From contig NC_042998.1 in assembly GCF_006345805.1 (NCBI RefSeq), positions 37,076,001 to 37,140,000 on the forward strand: DNA of 64,000 bases, in the 5' to 3' direction. Below are positions 28,482-39,256 of the stretch, in pieces. Position 1 is the first letter of the stretch, and each line of letters starts with the position of its first letter. Made by a program: the position numbers and the translations under genes. The notes beneath the pieces were generated by a model, which worked only from the letters and a program-made list of their open reading frames with translations, made no database searches and was not told where the DNA came from. The DNA is from Octopus sinensis (lineage: Eukaryota).

Positions 28482-28710
28482 AGGCGGCGAGCTGGCAGAA
28501 ACGTTAGCGCGCCGGGCGAAATGCTTAGCCGTATTTCGTCTGTCGTTCCGTTCTGAGTTCAAATCCGCCGAGGTCGACTTTGCCTTTCATCCTCTCGGGG
28601 TCGAAAATAAAGCACCAGTTTCGCACTGGTCGATGTAATCGACTTAATCCGTTTGTCCGTCCTTGTGTATCCCCTCTATGTTTAACCCTTCTGGGTAGTA
28701 AAGAAATATT
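28482..28710 (+). mobile_element. tRNA-derived SINE (Nin/Deu-like central domain)
   Basis: GGCGGCGAGCTGGCAGAAACGTTAG head, B-box GAGTTCAAATCC, TTTCATCCTCTCGGGGTCG domain, GTAGTAAAGAAATA tail; same family at 38651, 45085, 48755, 53465 and 58680. Confidence 0.9.
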
Positions 28711-28747
28711 ATATATATATATATGGTTGTATGTATGTGTGGGTAGA

Positions 28748-28780
<33 letters not shown>

Positions 28781-29027
28781 ATATAACATATATATATAAT
28801 ATATATATCTTATAATATATATATATAATGCAGTATGTATGGGTGTATGTCTATATATGTGTGATCGTATACCTAAATGTATGCGAGTGCTTCTGTGTAC
28901 GCAAATCTGTGTTAGTCGGTATTTTTTGAGTGTGTAATATATGTACATGCATTTATATATCGACTTACTTATTCATCTATTCATGTGTTCACGTGTATAT
29001 AGTTACGGATATCAATACATCAATAAT

Positions 29028-29073
<46 letters not shown>

Positions 29074-30125
29074 CATATCCTTACACTATATTGCATATAT
29101 ATAATCAGTGATTAAACGAAAATATTTTAAATCTAAGCTACTTATCGTCTTAAATTACTAATGTTTTTTGACTCTTTGTTTTTCAATGAAGACGTCTAGG
29201 CAACAATACATCCATTTCTCCCTAGATTTTTAAATAACATTAAAACAAGAAGTTATATTCATTGCTGTGTTTTTTTCCTTTAAAATATTATCGTAACAAG
29301 TAAAACCGCCGCCAATCCCACGTCTTTTAATTCAAAATTCTTGTTTGTAAATCAGTTTAACGATAATACTTTCCTCTATTTCTTGTTCTTTTTATTTCAT
29401 ATATTTTATTTTTTGGGGAATCGTAGAGTACATTTTTTTTTTCTTTTTTGAAAGTAATTCAGATTATATTCATTGTTAATTTTCATATACGATTCTGAAT
29501 GCAAAATCGTTTTCTTTTTTAAGTATGGAGTATTAAGAACGTATGAAAAAAACAAATTCCATACAAAATATATCACTTGCTAAATGCGCAGCCATTTTGT
29601 AAGCATCTCAGCGAATGCATAAAACACATAAAAGGTAGCGCGTTCGCTTTTGCATGCTATTATATTAAGAGAAAAGCTTGCTGCGCTAAACATTGCTACT
29701 AAAAAAAAATACGTGAAAGCTATTATAACTTTGGAAATCCTGAATATCATATGTATTCAAATACGGGGACCGTAAAATACGTGTTCTTTCCTTCACAGAT
29801 ATGATGCGCACGCTCATACACGCACACACACGGACACATACACACACAATCACACAGGTATGAACAACTCTTTTGTGTTCGTCAACGCCCCCCAATATGC
29901 GTATCTAACATATCTATCTGTCTACCTATAAATGTTCGCATATTTCTATCTATCTATACATGCATAATATATATATATATATATATTATATTAAATTAGA
30001 GATAAAACCACTATTAGGCAAATCAAACAATGAAAAACATAAGCCAATACATAAAATTAATTAATTTATATTATTTTAAATATATATCAAAAGTATTAAA
30101 AGTTTAATAAAAGATAATGAGTAAA

Positions 30126-30196
30126 ACACTACGATAGTTTCATGGCTGTCCAATTCGTAATAATTCGAGTTATGGTTATAGTCAATCTTCAGGTAA
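30126..30196 (-). ncRNA. Type I hammerhead ribozyme (left arm, intact core)
   Basis: Minus: ttac CTGAAGA ttgactat..acagccat GAAA C-TATC-G TA gtg; long imperfect stem II, GUA triplet. Confidence 0.65.
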
Positions 30197-30239
30197 TTGA
30201 AGTTAACATTGTTAAACCTCGCTAAGATAAATATTTCGA

Positions 30240-30310
30240 TTACCTGAAGATTGACTGTAACCATAACTCGAATTATTACGAATTGGACAGCCATGAAACG
30301 ATCATAGTGT
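30240..30310 (+). ncRNA. Type I hammerhead ribozyme (right arm, stem III mismatch)
   Basis: ttac CTGAAGA ttgactgt..acagccat GAAA C-GATC-A TA gtg; a G>A change at position 16.2 weakens stem III. Confidence 0.55.
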
Positions 30311-31534
30311 TTTACTCATTATCTTTTATTAAACTTTTAATACTTTTGATATATATTTAAAATAATATAAATTAATTAATTTTATGTATTGGCTTATGTT
30401 TTTCATTGTTTGATTTGCCTAATAGTGGTTTTATCTCTAATTTAATATAATATAATATTTTACTATAAAATTGGATTTAATCCTAAATCTGATTTTTCCC
30501 TGTAATTTTGGATTTATTCCCTAATATTTTATTATTAATTTATATATATATATATATACGCGTTCACATACATATTTAGTACGCGTCTGTGAGTGCATGT
30601 GTGCATGTGCAGCTATTTAAATTGTATGTAGGAATTGTATGTGTGTACAAACCTCTTTATACTTTCATACATAATCAAATTTCTGTGTGAAAACTGAATA
30701 CTAGTATTTATAAGAAATACCATCCAGATAATACAAGACTTACAACTAGTTTTTCGAATTTCTCTCGAAGCTCGTCGTAAGTCATCTTCCTGTATGTCTT
30801 GTGCACGGAAACCCACTTCTTTTTATAGGATCAAAGTGTTTTGTTTTACCTATATAATGTCGATGAGAAAACTTGTAGTGCTATAAACCCATTAATTTTT
30901 CAAAGTTAACAGGCATAATCCTGTAAATATTTTCATTTAAAACTGGTGATTCAAATAGTAATTGCCAATGCATAACAAAAACACATTTTCGGTGAATAAG
31001 CGTAAAACAAGCTCGAACTTATTTTTAATTACCATATTTTTTATGACATATACATAAGTGTATTGCTTTGAAGATACTCTTCAAAGAAAGATACATAGTG
31101 TTGAATGACTCAGCAGCTAAAAAATGCAGTTATTTTAATTATGAAAAAATAGACATTTGCCTGACTCCACTGAATTTCAAAGACATAAACTTGTCTGTAC
31201 GAATTCTAGACATAACAAGCTCAGAACATTGTACTTAGTCACGCAATATATCACCCATACCCCATTAAACAATCTAATATTCATCTCTAGTGTAAAGATA
31301 TCCTTCAATTAAAATGTACTAGAGAATTACTAGAAAGTTACTATATACATACGTATACACCCACGAACTCATATAAATATATATAGTCATATATCCATGC
31401 ATACATTTTTATATATGTATATATATATATATATATATGTGAGAGAGAGAGAGAGAGAGAGAGATGGGGGGAGTAGACCGAGTGAGAGTTTACAGGACAG
31501 TCAAAAAGGAAAAAATAATAAAGGATGGGGAAAG

Positions 31535-31611
31535 GCTAGATAGATAGACAGATAGATAGATAGATAGATAGACAGATAGATAGATAGACAGATAGATAGA
31601 TAGACAGACAT

Positions 31612-31653
<42 letters not shown>

Positions 31654-31654
31654 G

Positions 31655-31690
<36 letters not shown>

Positions 31691-31710
31691 CACAGATTGA
31701 AAGATAGATG

Positions 31711-31783
<73 letters not shown>

Positions 31784-31790
31784 AAGGAGA
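31535..31790. repeat. (GATA)n/(TA)n/(GA)n compound microsatellite
   Basis: Direct inspection. Confidence 0.95.
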
Positions 31791-32271
31791 GAGAGAAGTT
31801 TCTTTTCAATTTGATGTGGACAGTTCATTGAAATTTCATTACAAAGCATTTTTCATTTCTCCTTTCTTTCATTTTTTCTTCCCATTGCCTACCAATCAAC
31901 TGGTGACTTTTGAAGATGTCAATTTTACGAAGCAGGACGGGAAAGTGAGGAAAAAACTGGAGAGAGCAGTCATTACTAGAAAATAAAAAAAAGAGTTGAA
32001 AGTTGAAAATCGTATGTGTCTTCTTTTACACTTGAATAGTCAAGACCCATGTTCCGTAAAGGAAGCTTTACCAACACTGAGGGATAACAATTCAAATATC
32101 CTAAAAGAAGTCGATAAAGGAGGGGCGATGGTAATCATAGACAAAATCTACTGTAAAGATAATATATTGGAAATTCTAACAGGCCAAACCTACTACAAGG
32201 AAGAACCTAGATATCCGGAAAAAGCAATGATAATTAAAATCAAGACACTAATTAATGAATACTAATATTCA

Positions 32272-32510
32272 CATTATTTACATTATTTACATTTGATAGA
32301 TATTTGTCCTCATCTTGTTTGTTGTCAGCACAACGTTTCGGCTGATATATCCTCCAGCCTTCATCAGGTGTCTTGGGGAAATTTCGAAGATATTTTTTGA
32401 TGTTGTTGCTGTTATTATTATTATTATTGTTTTTCAGTTCACTGCCTAGAATCGAAATGGGAATCTTGGGGTTAAAAGCCCGCGCTCTTAACCACTACCC
32501 CATATGCCCA
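32272..32510 (-). mobile_element. tRNA-headed, hammerhead-tailed SINE-like element (copy 1)
   Basis: Minus: GGGCATATGGGGTAGTGGTTAAGAGCGCGGGC..TTTCGATTCTAGGCAGTGA (A/B-box-like tRNA head), short (AAT)n, HHR, then a TAAATAATG-repeat tail. Confidence 0.75.
32327..32372 (-). ncRNA. Type I minimal hammerhead ribozyme (intact core)
   Basis: Minus: gacac CTGATGA a ggctg-gaggatatat-cagcc GAAACGTT gtgct; stem II ggctg/cagcc, palindromic AACGTT stem III. Confidence 0.8.
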
Positions 32511-32531
32511 CGTGCATATTCCAGGCAGTGA

Positions 32532-32592
<61 letters not shown>

Positions 32593-32605
32593 TAATAATA
32601 ATAAC

Positions 32606-32646
<41 letters not shown>

Positions 32647-32846
32647 TAATAATAATAATAATAACATTGAAAAATACATTAGGAATGAGAACCCAGGTTC
32701 GAAATTTCCTCAAGACACCTGATGAAGGCTGGAGGGTATATCAGCCGAATCGTTGTGTTAACAACAAACAAGAGGAGGACAAATATCCGTCAAATGTAAA
32801 TAATGTAAATATTGCTCATAATTCTTCATCTCTTAAATATAGAACT
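32511..32846 (+). mobile_element. tRNA-headed, hammerhead-tailed SINE-like element (copy 2, head internally deleted)
   Basis: GTGCATA|TTCCAGGCAGTGACCTG, about 130 bp of (AAT)n, GAAAAATACATTAGGAATGAGAACCCAGGTTCGAAATTTCC, HHR, and the same tail as copy 1. Confidence 0.75.
32714..32759 (+). ncRNA. Type I minimal hammerhead ribozyme (core point mutation)
   Basis: gacac CTGATGA a ggctg-gagggtatat-cagcc GAAT CGTT gtgtt; stems I and II are full, but GAAA is changed to GAAT. Confidence 0.65.
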
Positions 32847-33967
32847 ATACAAATATTCATCCACGGGCAAAGGGAAAGATTATTTATGCAACTGTAAAAT
32901 CCTGCTACATACGGGATGGAATAGATTTCCTCCAGCACATTCCACCCACTATCCCAGGCTGTACTATATTTACAAGCTGTGACTAACCTATCTTTATACC
33001 GATATATCTCGCACTTTGGTCCTGGAAGCAGTCAAACTCTGGGTAGAGAAACATAGAGAATGGATAAATGAACCCTTCAAAACTGACTTCGTCACCAAAG
33101 ACACACGCCTGGTACTAAGAGAGAGTACCTTTCAATTCGATAATAGAAAATATCGACAGTAAAGGACACGGCAATGGGGACGCAGTTTCCACCCTCATAT
33201 GTTAAATTAGTCATGGGATACTTGGAAGAAAAGCTTTACGAGGAAGTAGAGAAAATTTTTAATCAGGATTCTAAGAAAAACGTCATTAAGAAGTGGAAAT
33301 GTTTCCTCGAAGACTGCTTCATCTTTTGTAATTCAAGAAAATAATCTATTTTGGATTATCTTATCCAAGTAAGAAAATGAAAAAAAGAAATAAATGCTAC
33401 AATAGGATGGTACTAAAAATATATTTAAGCGGTCCCTGTTTTATTATATAAGTTATATACAGCTTGTATATATAGCTTCCAGCTATATATACAATATATC
33501 ATTACATATTAATACAAAGCTCATTTATGATGTTTGATTAATTGTAAATAGAGAATAGATTGAATTATAAATATTACAAAGTTATTTTTTATATTCTGCG
33601 TTTATTTTCCAGATTTATGAATATTGAACTAATATTTAATGTTTGTTCATGCAAAACATAAAATTACACAGAATATGGGATTTGACTAAACAAGTGTAAA
33701 GGAATATACGTATTCATAGGATTTTGAACTTTGAACTCTTTTTCATTTTTTTGTGATGACCACACACTACCTTCTTTTCTTATCCTTCCCATTTTACTTC
33801 TTAAAGTTGACATTTTGAACGCTCACCAGCCCTGGTGAGGGAACGTGTTTACTTACAAGTATGTTGATAGGTATAAAATGGGAAGGAAAAAAGGAAAAAA
33901 GGAAATGCTTTGTAATGAAATTTCGATGAATTAGCCACATCAAATTGGAACGAAACCTCTCTAGTTA

Positions 33968-34026
<59 letters not shown>

Positions 34027-34488
34027 AACTATCTATCTGTCTATCTGTCTATCTGTCGTTCTGTCTGCCTGTGTGTCTTCCTATCTACCTATCTATCATT
34101 TCCACGGACTTTATTATTAATTTCCTCTTCTATGATTGTCCTGAAAGCTCTATTTATTTTTATTTCATCCCTCTTTGTTTTTGTTTCTCTCTGACCCTCC
34201 TTTAAAAAAAAACATTTTCTCTAAACAAAGCCAAAACGCATCCGATTCACATAAATGAACAATAACTCGTCCTGCTTTTACCATTTCCTTTTGATTATGT
34301 CATGACGAGCTTGATAAACCAACGAAAGCGCTGTTAAAGAATTATCTAAAATTTTGACTGCCTCCTTTTATTCAATACACACACACACACATCTAAATAT
34401 ATATATATTTATACAAACACCCCCCATATTTATATATATGTATATATCTATATCTATCTATCTATCTATCTATATCTATCTATCTATC

Positions 34489-34550
<62 letters not shown>

Positions 34551-34559
34551 ATATGTATA

Positions 34560-34650
34560 TCTTTTCTCTTTTTACTCTTTTACTGTTTTCAGTCATATGA
34601 CTGCGGCCATGCTGGACACACCATCATCGGTTGTCAAGCGATGTTGGACG
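34560..34650 (-). mobile_element. SINE 3' tail fragment, internally deleted
   Basis: Reverse complement of CCAGCATGGCCGCAGTCATATGACTGAAAACAGTAAAAGAG joined directly to GACAACCGATGATGGTGTG. Confidence 0.7.
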
Positions 34651-34956
34651 GACAAACAATGACACACAAACACTCACACACAAATATATATATATGCAAT
34701 TGCGGCCAAAATGTTCAGAACGGCATTGTTTTCGTCAGAAAAGTAAGTATAAGTTTTTATCAAAGTAGTTTTATATACTATAATTTTCACAGACAATAAA
34801 TACAATAGTAATTGTTATTGTTTGATGTAATTTGAGAGGATAATACAAAAGTTATGGATGATTTAGTGATTTACTGCAAAACCCATGGCGGCCAAAATGA
34901 TCAGAACGGTTGAAAAAATAACAAAATAATCAAAAATGACAGAATACTGGAATTAT

Positions 34957-35292
34957 TTAATATTTAGTGTGAAGCGCTTTAGCTTCAATCACACTCTGAC
35001 ATCTTCGACTGCATGAGAAAATTAAATTTTCAATTTCTTGCTGGGTGATCTTATTCCATTCTTCCTGAAGGGCATTCCATAATTGCTCAGTTGTTTTAGG
35101 ATTTCTGGCTTTCGAACGTTCTCCTAGAATATTCCATACATTTTCAATAGGATTGAGATCTGGGCTTTGAGCAGGCCAATCCATAACCATAACCTTTTCA
35201 GCCTTGAGGAAGTTCATGACCACCTTAGCCTTGTGACATGGGGCATTGTCCTGCATGTATATGGGTGGTCGCTTAGTTGAATTTCTCAGCAC
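34957..35292 (-). pseudogene. Tc1 transposase C-terminal fragment
   Basis: YMQDNAPCHKAK..DWPAQSPDLNPIENVW..EALHTKY-like C-terminus. Confidence 0.9.
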
Positions 35293-35325
35293 AGCAAGAC
35301 ATGATCTTTTACAAGTTGTTTATAA

Positions 35326-35669
35326 AAGGGTAAAGACCCCCTTCGGTCATGAATGACCATGGGATTGCACCTAGAAAGTTACCCTCCTAGACACAAGTCC
35401 GGGCAAGGTTGTTTATGGAAGACCAGCAGTCGCCCATGCATACCAGCCTCCTCTTTCCACGCCACCAGTGTTATCCAAGGGAAAAACAAAGGTCGATACA
35501 GCTTGGCACCAGTGACGTCGCAACTCATTTCTACAGCTGAGTGAACTGGAGCAACGTGAAATAAAGTGCCTTGCTCAAGAACACAACACGCAGCCCGGTC
35601 CGGGATTCGAGCTCACAACCTCACGATCGTAAGCTCGACGCTCTAACCACTGATCCATGCGCCTTCACA
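35326..35669 (-). mobile_element. tRNA/CORE SINE with RTE-like tail inserted in the Tc1 transposase
   Basis: Minus head GGCGCATGGATCAGTGGTTAGAGCG..GCTCGAATCCCGG; CORE-like GTGTTCTTGAGCAAGGCACTTTA; 16-bp TSD TACAAGTTGTTTATAA at 35310-35325 and 35707-35722. Confidence 0.9.
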
Positions 35670-35914
35670 TACAAGTTGTTTTGGTGCGATTACATGGAAA
35701 GGTAAATACAAGTTGTTTATAAACTCCTGCATTTACCTTTCCATGTAATCGCACCAAAGGGCCCACACCATCTCCAGATGTCATCCCCCAAACCATGACA
35801 CTTCCTCCACCGAATTTAACACTAGCCTTAAGGCATTTAGGCGACAATTTTTCACCTACTTTTCTACGAACTTACCTTTTCCAATCTGAGCCAAATAACA
35901 TAAACTTAGATTCA

Positions 35915-36388
35915 TCACTGAAATGCACCGTTTGCCATTTTTCTTGAGACCACAACGCATGTTCGGTTGCAAAGGTAAGACAACACTTTTTTATTCTTGG
36001 AGCTGATCAGTGGCTTCACTGCAGGTGCTCTTGCTTGTAGGTCATGTTCAACTAAACGACGAGACACAGTTTTTCGAGATAAAGTTTTCTTCAATACAAT
36101 GCTCATTTCCCGAGAAACAGCAACAGCAGTTTTAAATCTGTCCTTTTTAACCAACTTTACCATAGCACGATCTTCTCTCTTGGTCGTTTTTCTTGGCCTA
36201 CATGTAAACTTTCTTGCTTCACACGAACCACAATCATCGTAGACCTTAAGAATACCGTGTACAACACTTTTTGACTTGTTAAAAATCTTTGCAATAGATC
36301 CAATACTTAAATTATCCTTCCTTCGAAGCTTAATAATCTGCTGACGAATTGGTAACGGAATAAGTGGCATTATATTAACAAAGTACAC
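35915..36388 (-). pseudogene. Tc1 transposase N-terminal (HTH) fragment
   Basis: IRQQIIKLRRKDNLSIGSIAKIF..RPRKTTKREDRAMVKLVKKDRFKTA..LSRKTVSRRL..PAVKPLIS, typical of the Tc1 DNA-binding region; frameshifts downstream. Confidence 0.9.
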
Positions 36389-36969
36389 TGCAAATATTCT
36401 TACTAATGTTTAGTAAACGAACCGTCACGTAAACAAATTCAAAACATTAGAGTCCGCCGGTTAAATATACTAAAACACGGAGTAAAAGCAACCGTTCTGA
36501 TCATTATGGCCGCCATGGGTTTTGCAGTAAATCACTAAATCATCCATAAATTTTGTATTGTCCTCTCAAATTACACCAAAATCTCAGGCAACAAAAGATA
36601 ATATCTTATTTATTGTCTGTGAAAATTTAAGAATATAAAACAACTTTGATAAACAATTATATCTACTTTTCTGACGAAAACAATGCCGTTCTGAAAATTT
36701 TGGCCGCCACTGTTTATATATATATATAATTATAATTAAGGGTATCTAAAAGATACCACCTTACTAGAGGTAGCGGTCAAAACTAGACTCTAAAACCACA
36801 GCACTATGAGAAAAGACAATTAGACAATTAAACTAGCAAAAAATATTGGATAACTCCAAATCCGGATATCTGTCTTTGGTTAAAAATATACTCTGCCTTA
36901 TCATTGGGTTATACACAGATAGTACATAATTGCAATTATATATATATATATATATCTACACACACACAC

Positions 36970-37042
<73 letters not shown>

Positions 37043-37514
37043 ATAAAACAAGCGAGTACTCACATATACACACGTAAACACACACACACACAGACATATG
37101 TATGTACACGACTGGCTTAATTGCCCATCTAAACTCCACCTGCTATATGGTCAAAATACCACCGCAGTGAATATAATGACGAAGTAAATATCTAAATAAG
37201 GATCGTTATTGGAAATACTGATCATATTAAGTGGCTAGCATGGGAATAAAACCCTTATAGGTAATAATTATTATTAAAATTATAATTACGGGTTTCTAAA
37301 TGATACCACTATTCTAGAGAGAGCAGTCAAAACATGATTCTAAAACAACTTCATGTATTCATACAGCACCAGGAGAAACGATAAATATACAAATAAACTA
37401 GCAAAAAAATTATTGGATAATCCCAGATCCGGATTTCTGACTTTGCATAAAAATAAACTCTGCCTCATTAGTGGGATAAATTTGATAATAATTATTTCCC
37501 ATAAGGTTTTATTC

Positions 37515-37656
37515 CCATAAATTCTGTATTATCCTCTCAAATTACACCAAAATCTCAGGCAACAACAAATAATATCTTATTTATTGTCTGTGAAAATTTT
37601 AGAATATAAAACAACTTTGATAAAAAATAATATCTACTTTTCTGACGAAAACAATG
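37515..37656. mobile_element. Orphan partial copy of the Tc1 right TIR
   Basis: Matches about 36544-36686 closely (CCATAAATT..CTCAAATTACACCAAAATCTCAGGCAAC..CTGACGAAAACAATG) but lacks both DR motifs. Confidence 0.85.
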
Positions 37657-37682
37657 ATCAGTATTTTCGATAAAGATCTTAT

Positions 37683-37735
<53 letters not shown>

Positions 37736-38650
37736 ATATACATACACAAGTCGAGTAGGCATTTCCGCTTGGATACTCGTGAAAGAAACAGTAGTTAATG
37801 CCAGAAACTAGCTAATATTTTATATTGACCGTTTTCACTTAGCAAGAAATGCAAAATTCAGAATTAACAGGTGAATGTATTCATTCTGTTTTTTTCATTG
37901 GATATATGTATTATATCCTTAGGGCTAAATGGCACAGTCATTGTTTTAGTCACCTGTCCAGGTTTGTTCCTGTCTCATTTTGATTGCCTTTTTTTAAATT
38001 TCCTGTAATAGTTTGGCAAGATTATTACTAATGAGTTGCTGTCGTTCTGCTGTTGCCTCAGTTTTCGCTGATAGCTGCTTGCATTTATCATCAATTCATT
38101 CGTTTGTATAAATTCGAACTGATATCTGATTATTACCTCAACGATTTTCATATTAAAATGAAGACGAAGAATAAGAACAAGAAGAATAACAGCATGGCGG
38201 GAACTGTAATTCCAACCAATGCACAAAGGCAGATAAATACAGCAATTAAATGGAAGAATATACAAATAAATAATAAAGAAAACGTCACATCATTGTGGAA
38301 ATTTCTTCACAATCCGACATATGTTTCGATTGAGCACTACATATACCCTTTGCAGGATTACTACTAAATTGGGACAGCTTCAGAAATAGTATGCCTTAAG
38401 TCTATTTATTTTACAGAACATTTACCGTATGCCATCCTTGACAAGTAATCACTATACAGTAATTCTATCGAGAATAAACAGAGACTAAATATCAATAACT
38501 GAAACACATATCATTCAATCTACACTATCGCATCACTATAAAATTGTATTGTATACACATCCATCATACAACCAACAGCTTACATAACACACATTTTTTT
38601 GCAGAAGGCACCTGGCAGTATAATAAAAAAAAACATGCATCTCAAACAAC

Positions 38651-39256
38651 ATACCTATTTCTTTACTACCCACGAGGAACTAAACACAGAGGGGACGAAC
38701 AAGGACAGACAAACGGATTAAGTCGATTTTATCGATCCCAGGGCGTAACTGGTACTTATTTAATCGAACCCAAAAGGATAAAAGGCAAAGTCGACCTCGG
38801 CGGAATTTGAACTCGGAACGTAGCGGCAGACAAAATACCTATTTCTTTACTACCGACAAGGGGCTAAACACAGAGGGGACAAACAAGGACAGACAAACGG
38901 ATTAAGTCGATTATGTCGACTCCAGTGCGTAACTGGTACTTATTTAATCAACCCCGAAAGGATGAAAGGCAAAGTCGACCTCGGCGGAATTTGAACTCAG
39001 AACGTAGCGGCAGACGTAATACCTATTTCTTTACTACCGACAAGGGGCTAAACACAGAGGGGACAAACAAGGACAGACAAACGGATTAAGTCGATTATGT
39101 CGACTCCAGTGCGTAACTGGTACTTATTTAATCGACCACGAAAGGATAAAAGGCAAAGTCGACCTCGGCGGAATTTGAACTCAGAACGTAGCGGCAGACA
39201 AAATACCGCTAAGCATTTCGCCCGACGTGTTAACGATTCTGCCAGCTCGCCGCCTT
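38651..39256 (-). mobile_element. Head-to-tail trimer of the tRNA-derived SINE (184-bp period)
   Basis: Units start ATACCTATTTCTTTACTAC at 38651, 38835 and 39019; only the last unit carries the full head (..TCTGCCAGCTCGCCGCCTT). Confidence 0.95.

Larger units (their letters stand above)
29983..30453. repeat. Near-perfect inverted repeat, 219-bp arms with 33-bp spacer (inverted PLE terminal repeats)
   Basis: 29983-30201 is the reverse complement of 30235-30453 with about 4 mismatches seen. Each arm carries an HHR. The right arm continues to about 30530 with sequence shared with 7590-7705. Confidence 0.95.
31996..33330 (+). pseudogene. Penelope-like element reverse transcriptase remnant, interrupted by a SINE dimer
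   Basis: KEVDKGGAMVIID (PLE KPADKG motif), YIRDGIDFLQHIP, SLYTDI, TAMGTQFPPSYVKLVMGYLE and WKCFLEDCFIF; stops, frameshifts and an internal deletion. Confidence 0.85.
34697..36712 (-). mobile_element. Tc1-family transposon with long IR/DR terminal repeats (DD34E), disrupted
   Basis: TIRs of about 215-225 bp (34697-34912 and 36489-36712), each with outer and inner copies of GCGGCCAAAATG.TCAGAACGG. Transposase pieces lie at 35915-36388, 35707-35850 and 34957-35310. There are 34 residues between the D of QDNAP and the E of NPIE. Terminal TA dinucleotides are not intact. Confidence 0.95.

Noticed and set aside
32435-32510. tRNA-like sequence as a genuine tRNA gene
   Set aside because: Decayed B-box, no convincing cloverleaf, and it runs directly into a repeat body; it is a SINE head.
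38651-39256. Regularly spaced repeats as a CRISPR-like array
   Set aside because: Eukaryotic context, no unique spacers; the units are whole SINE bodies.
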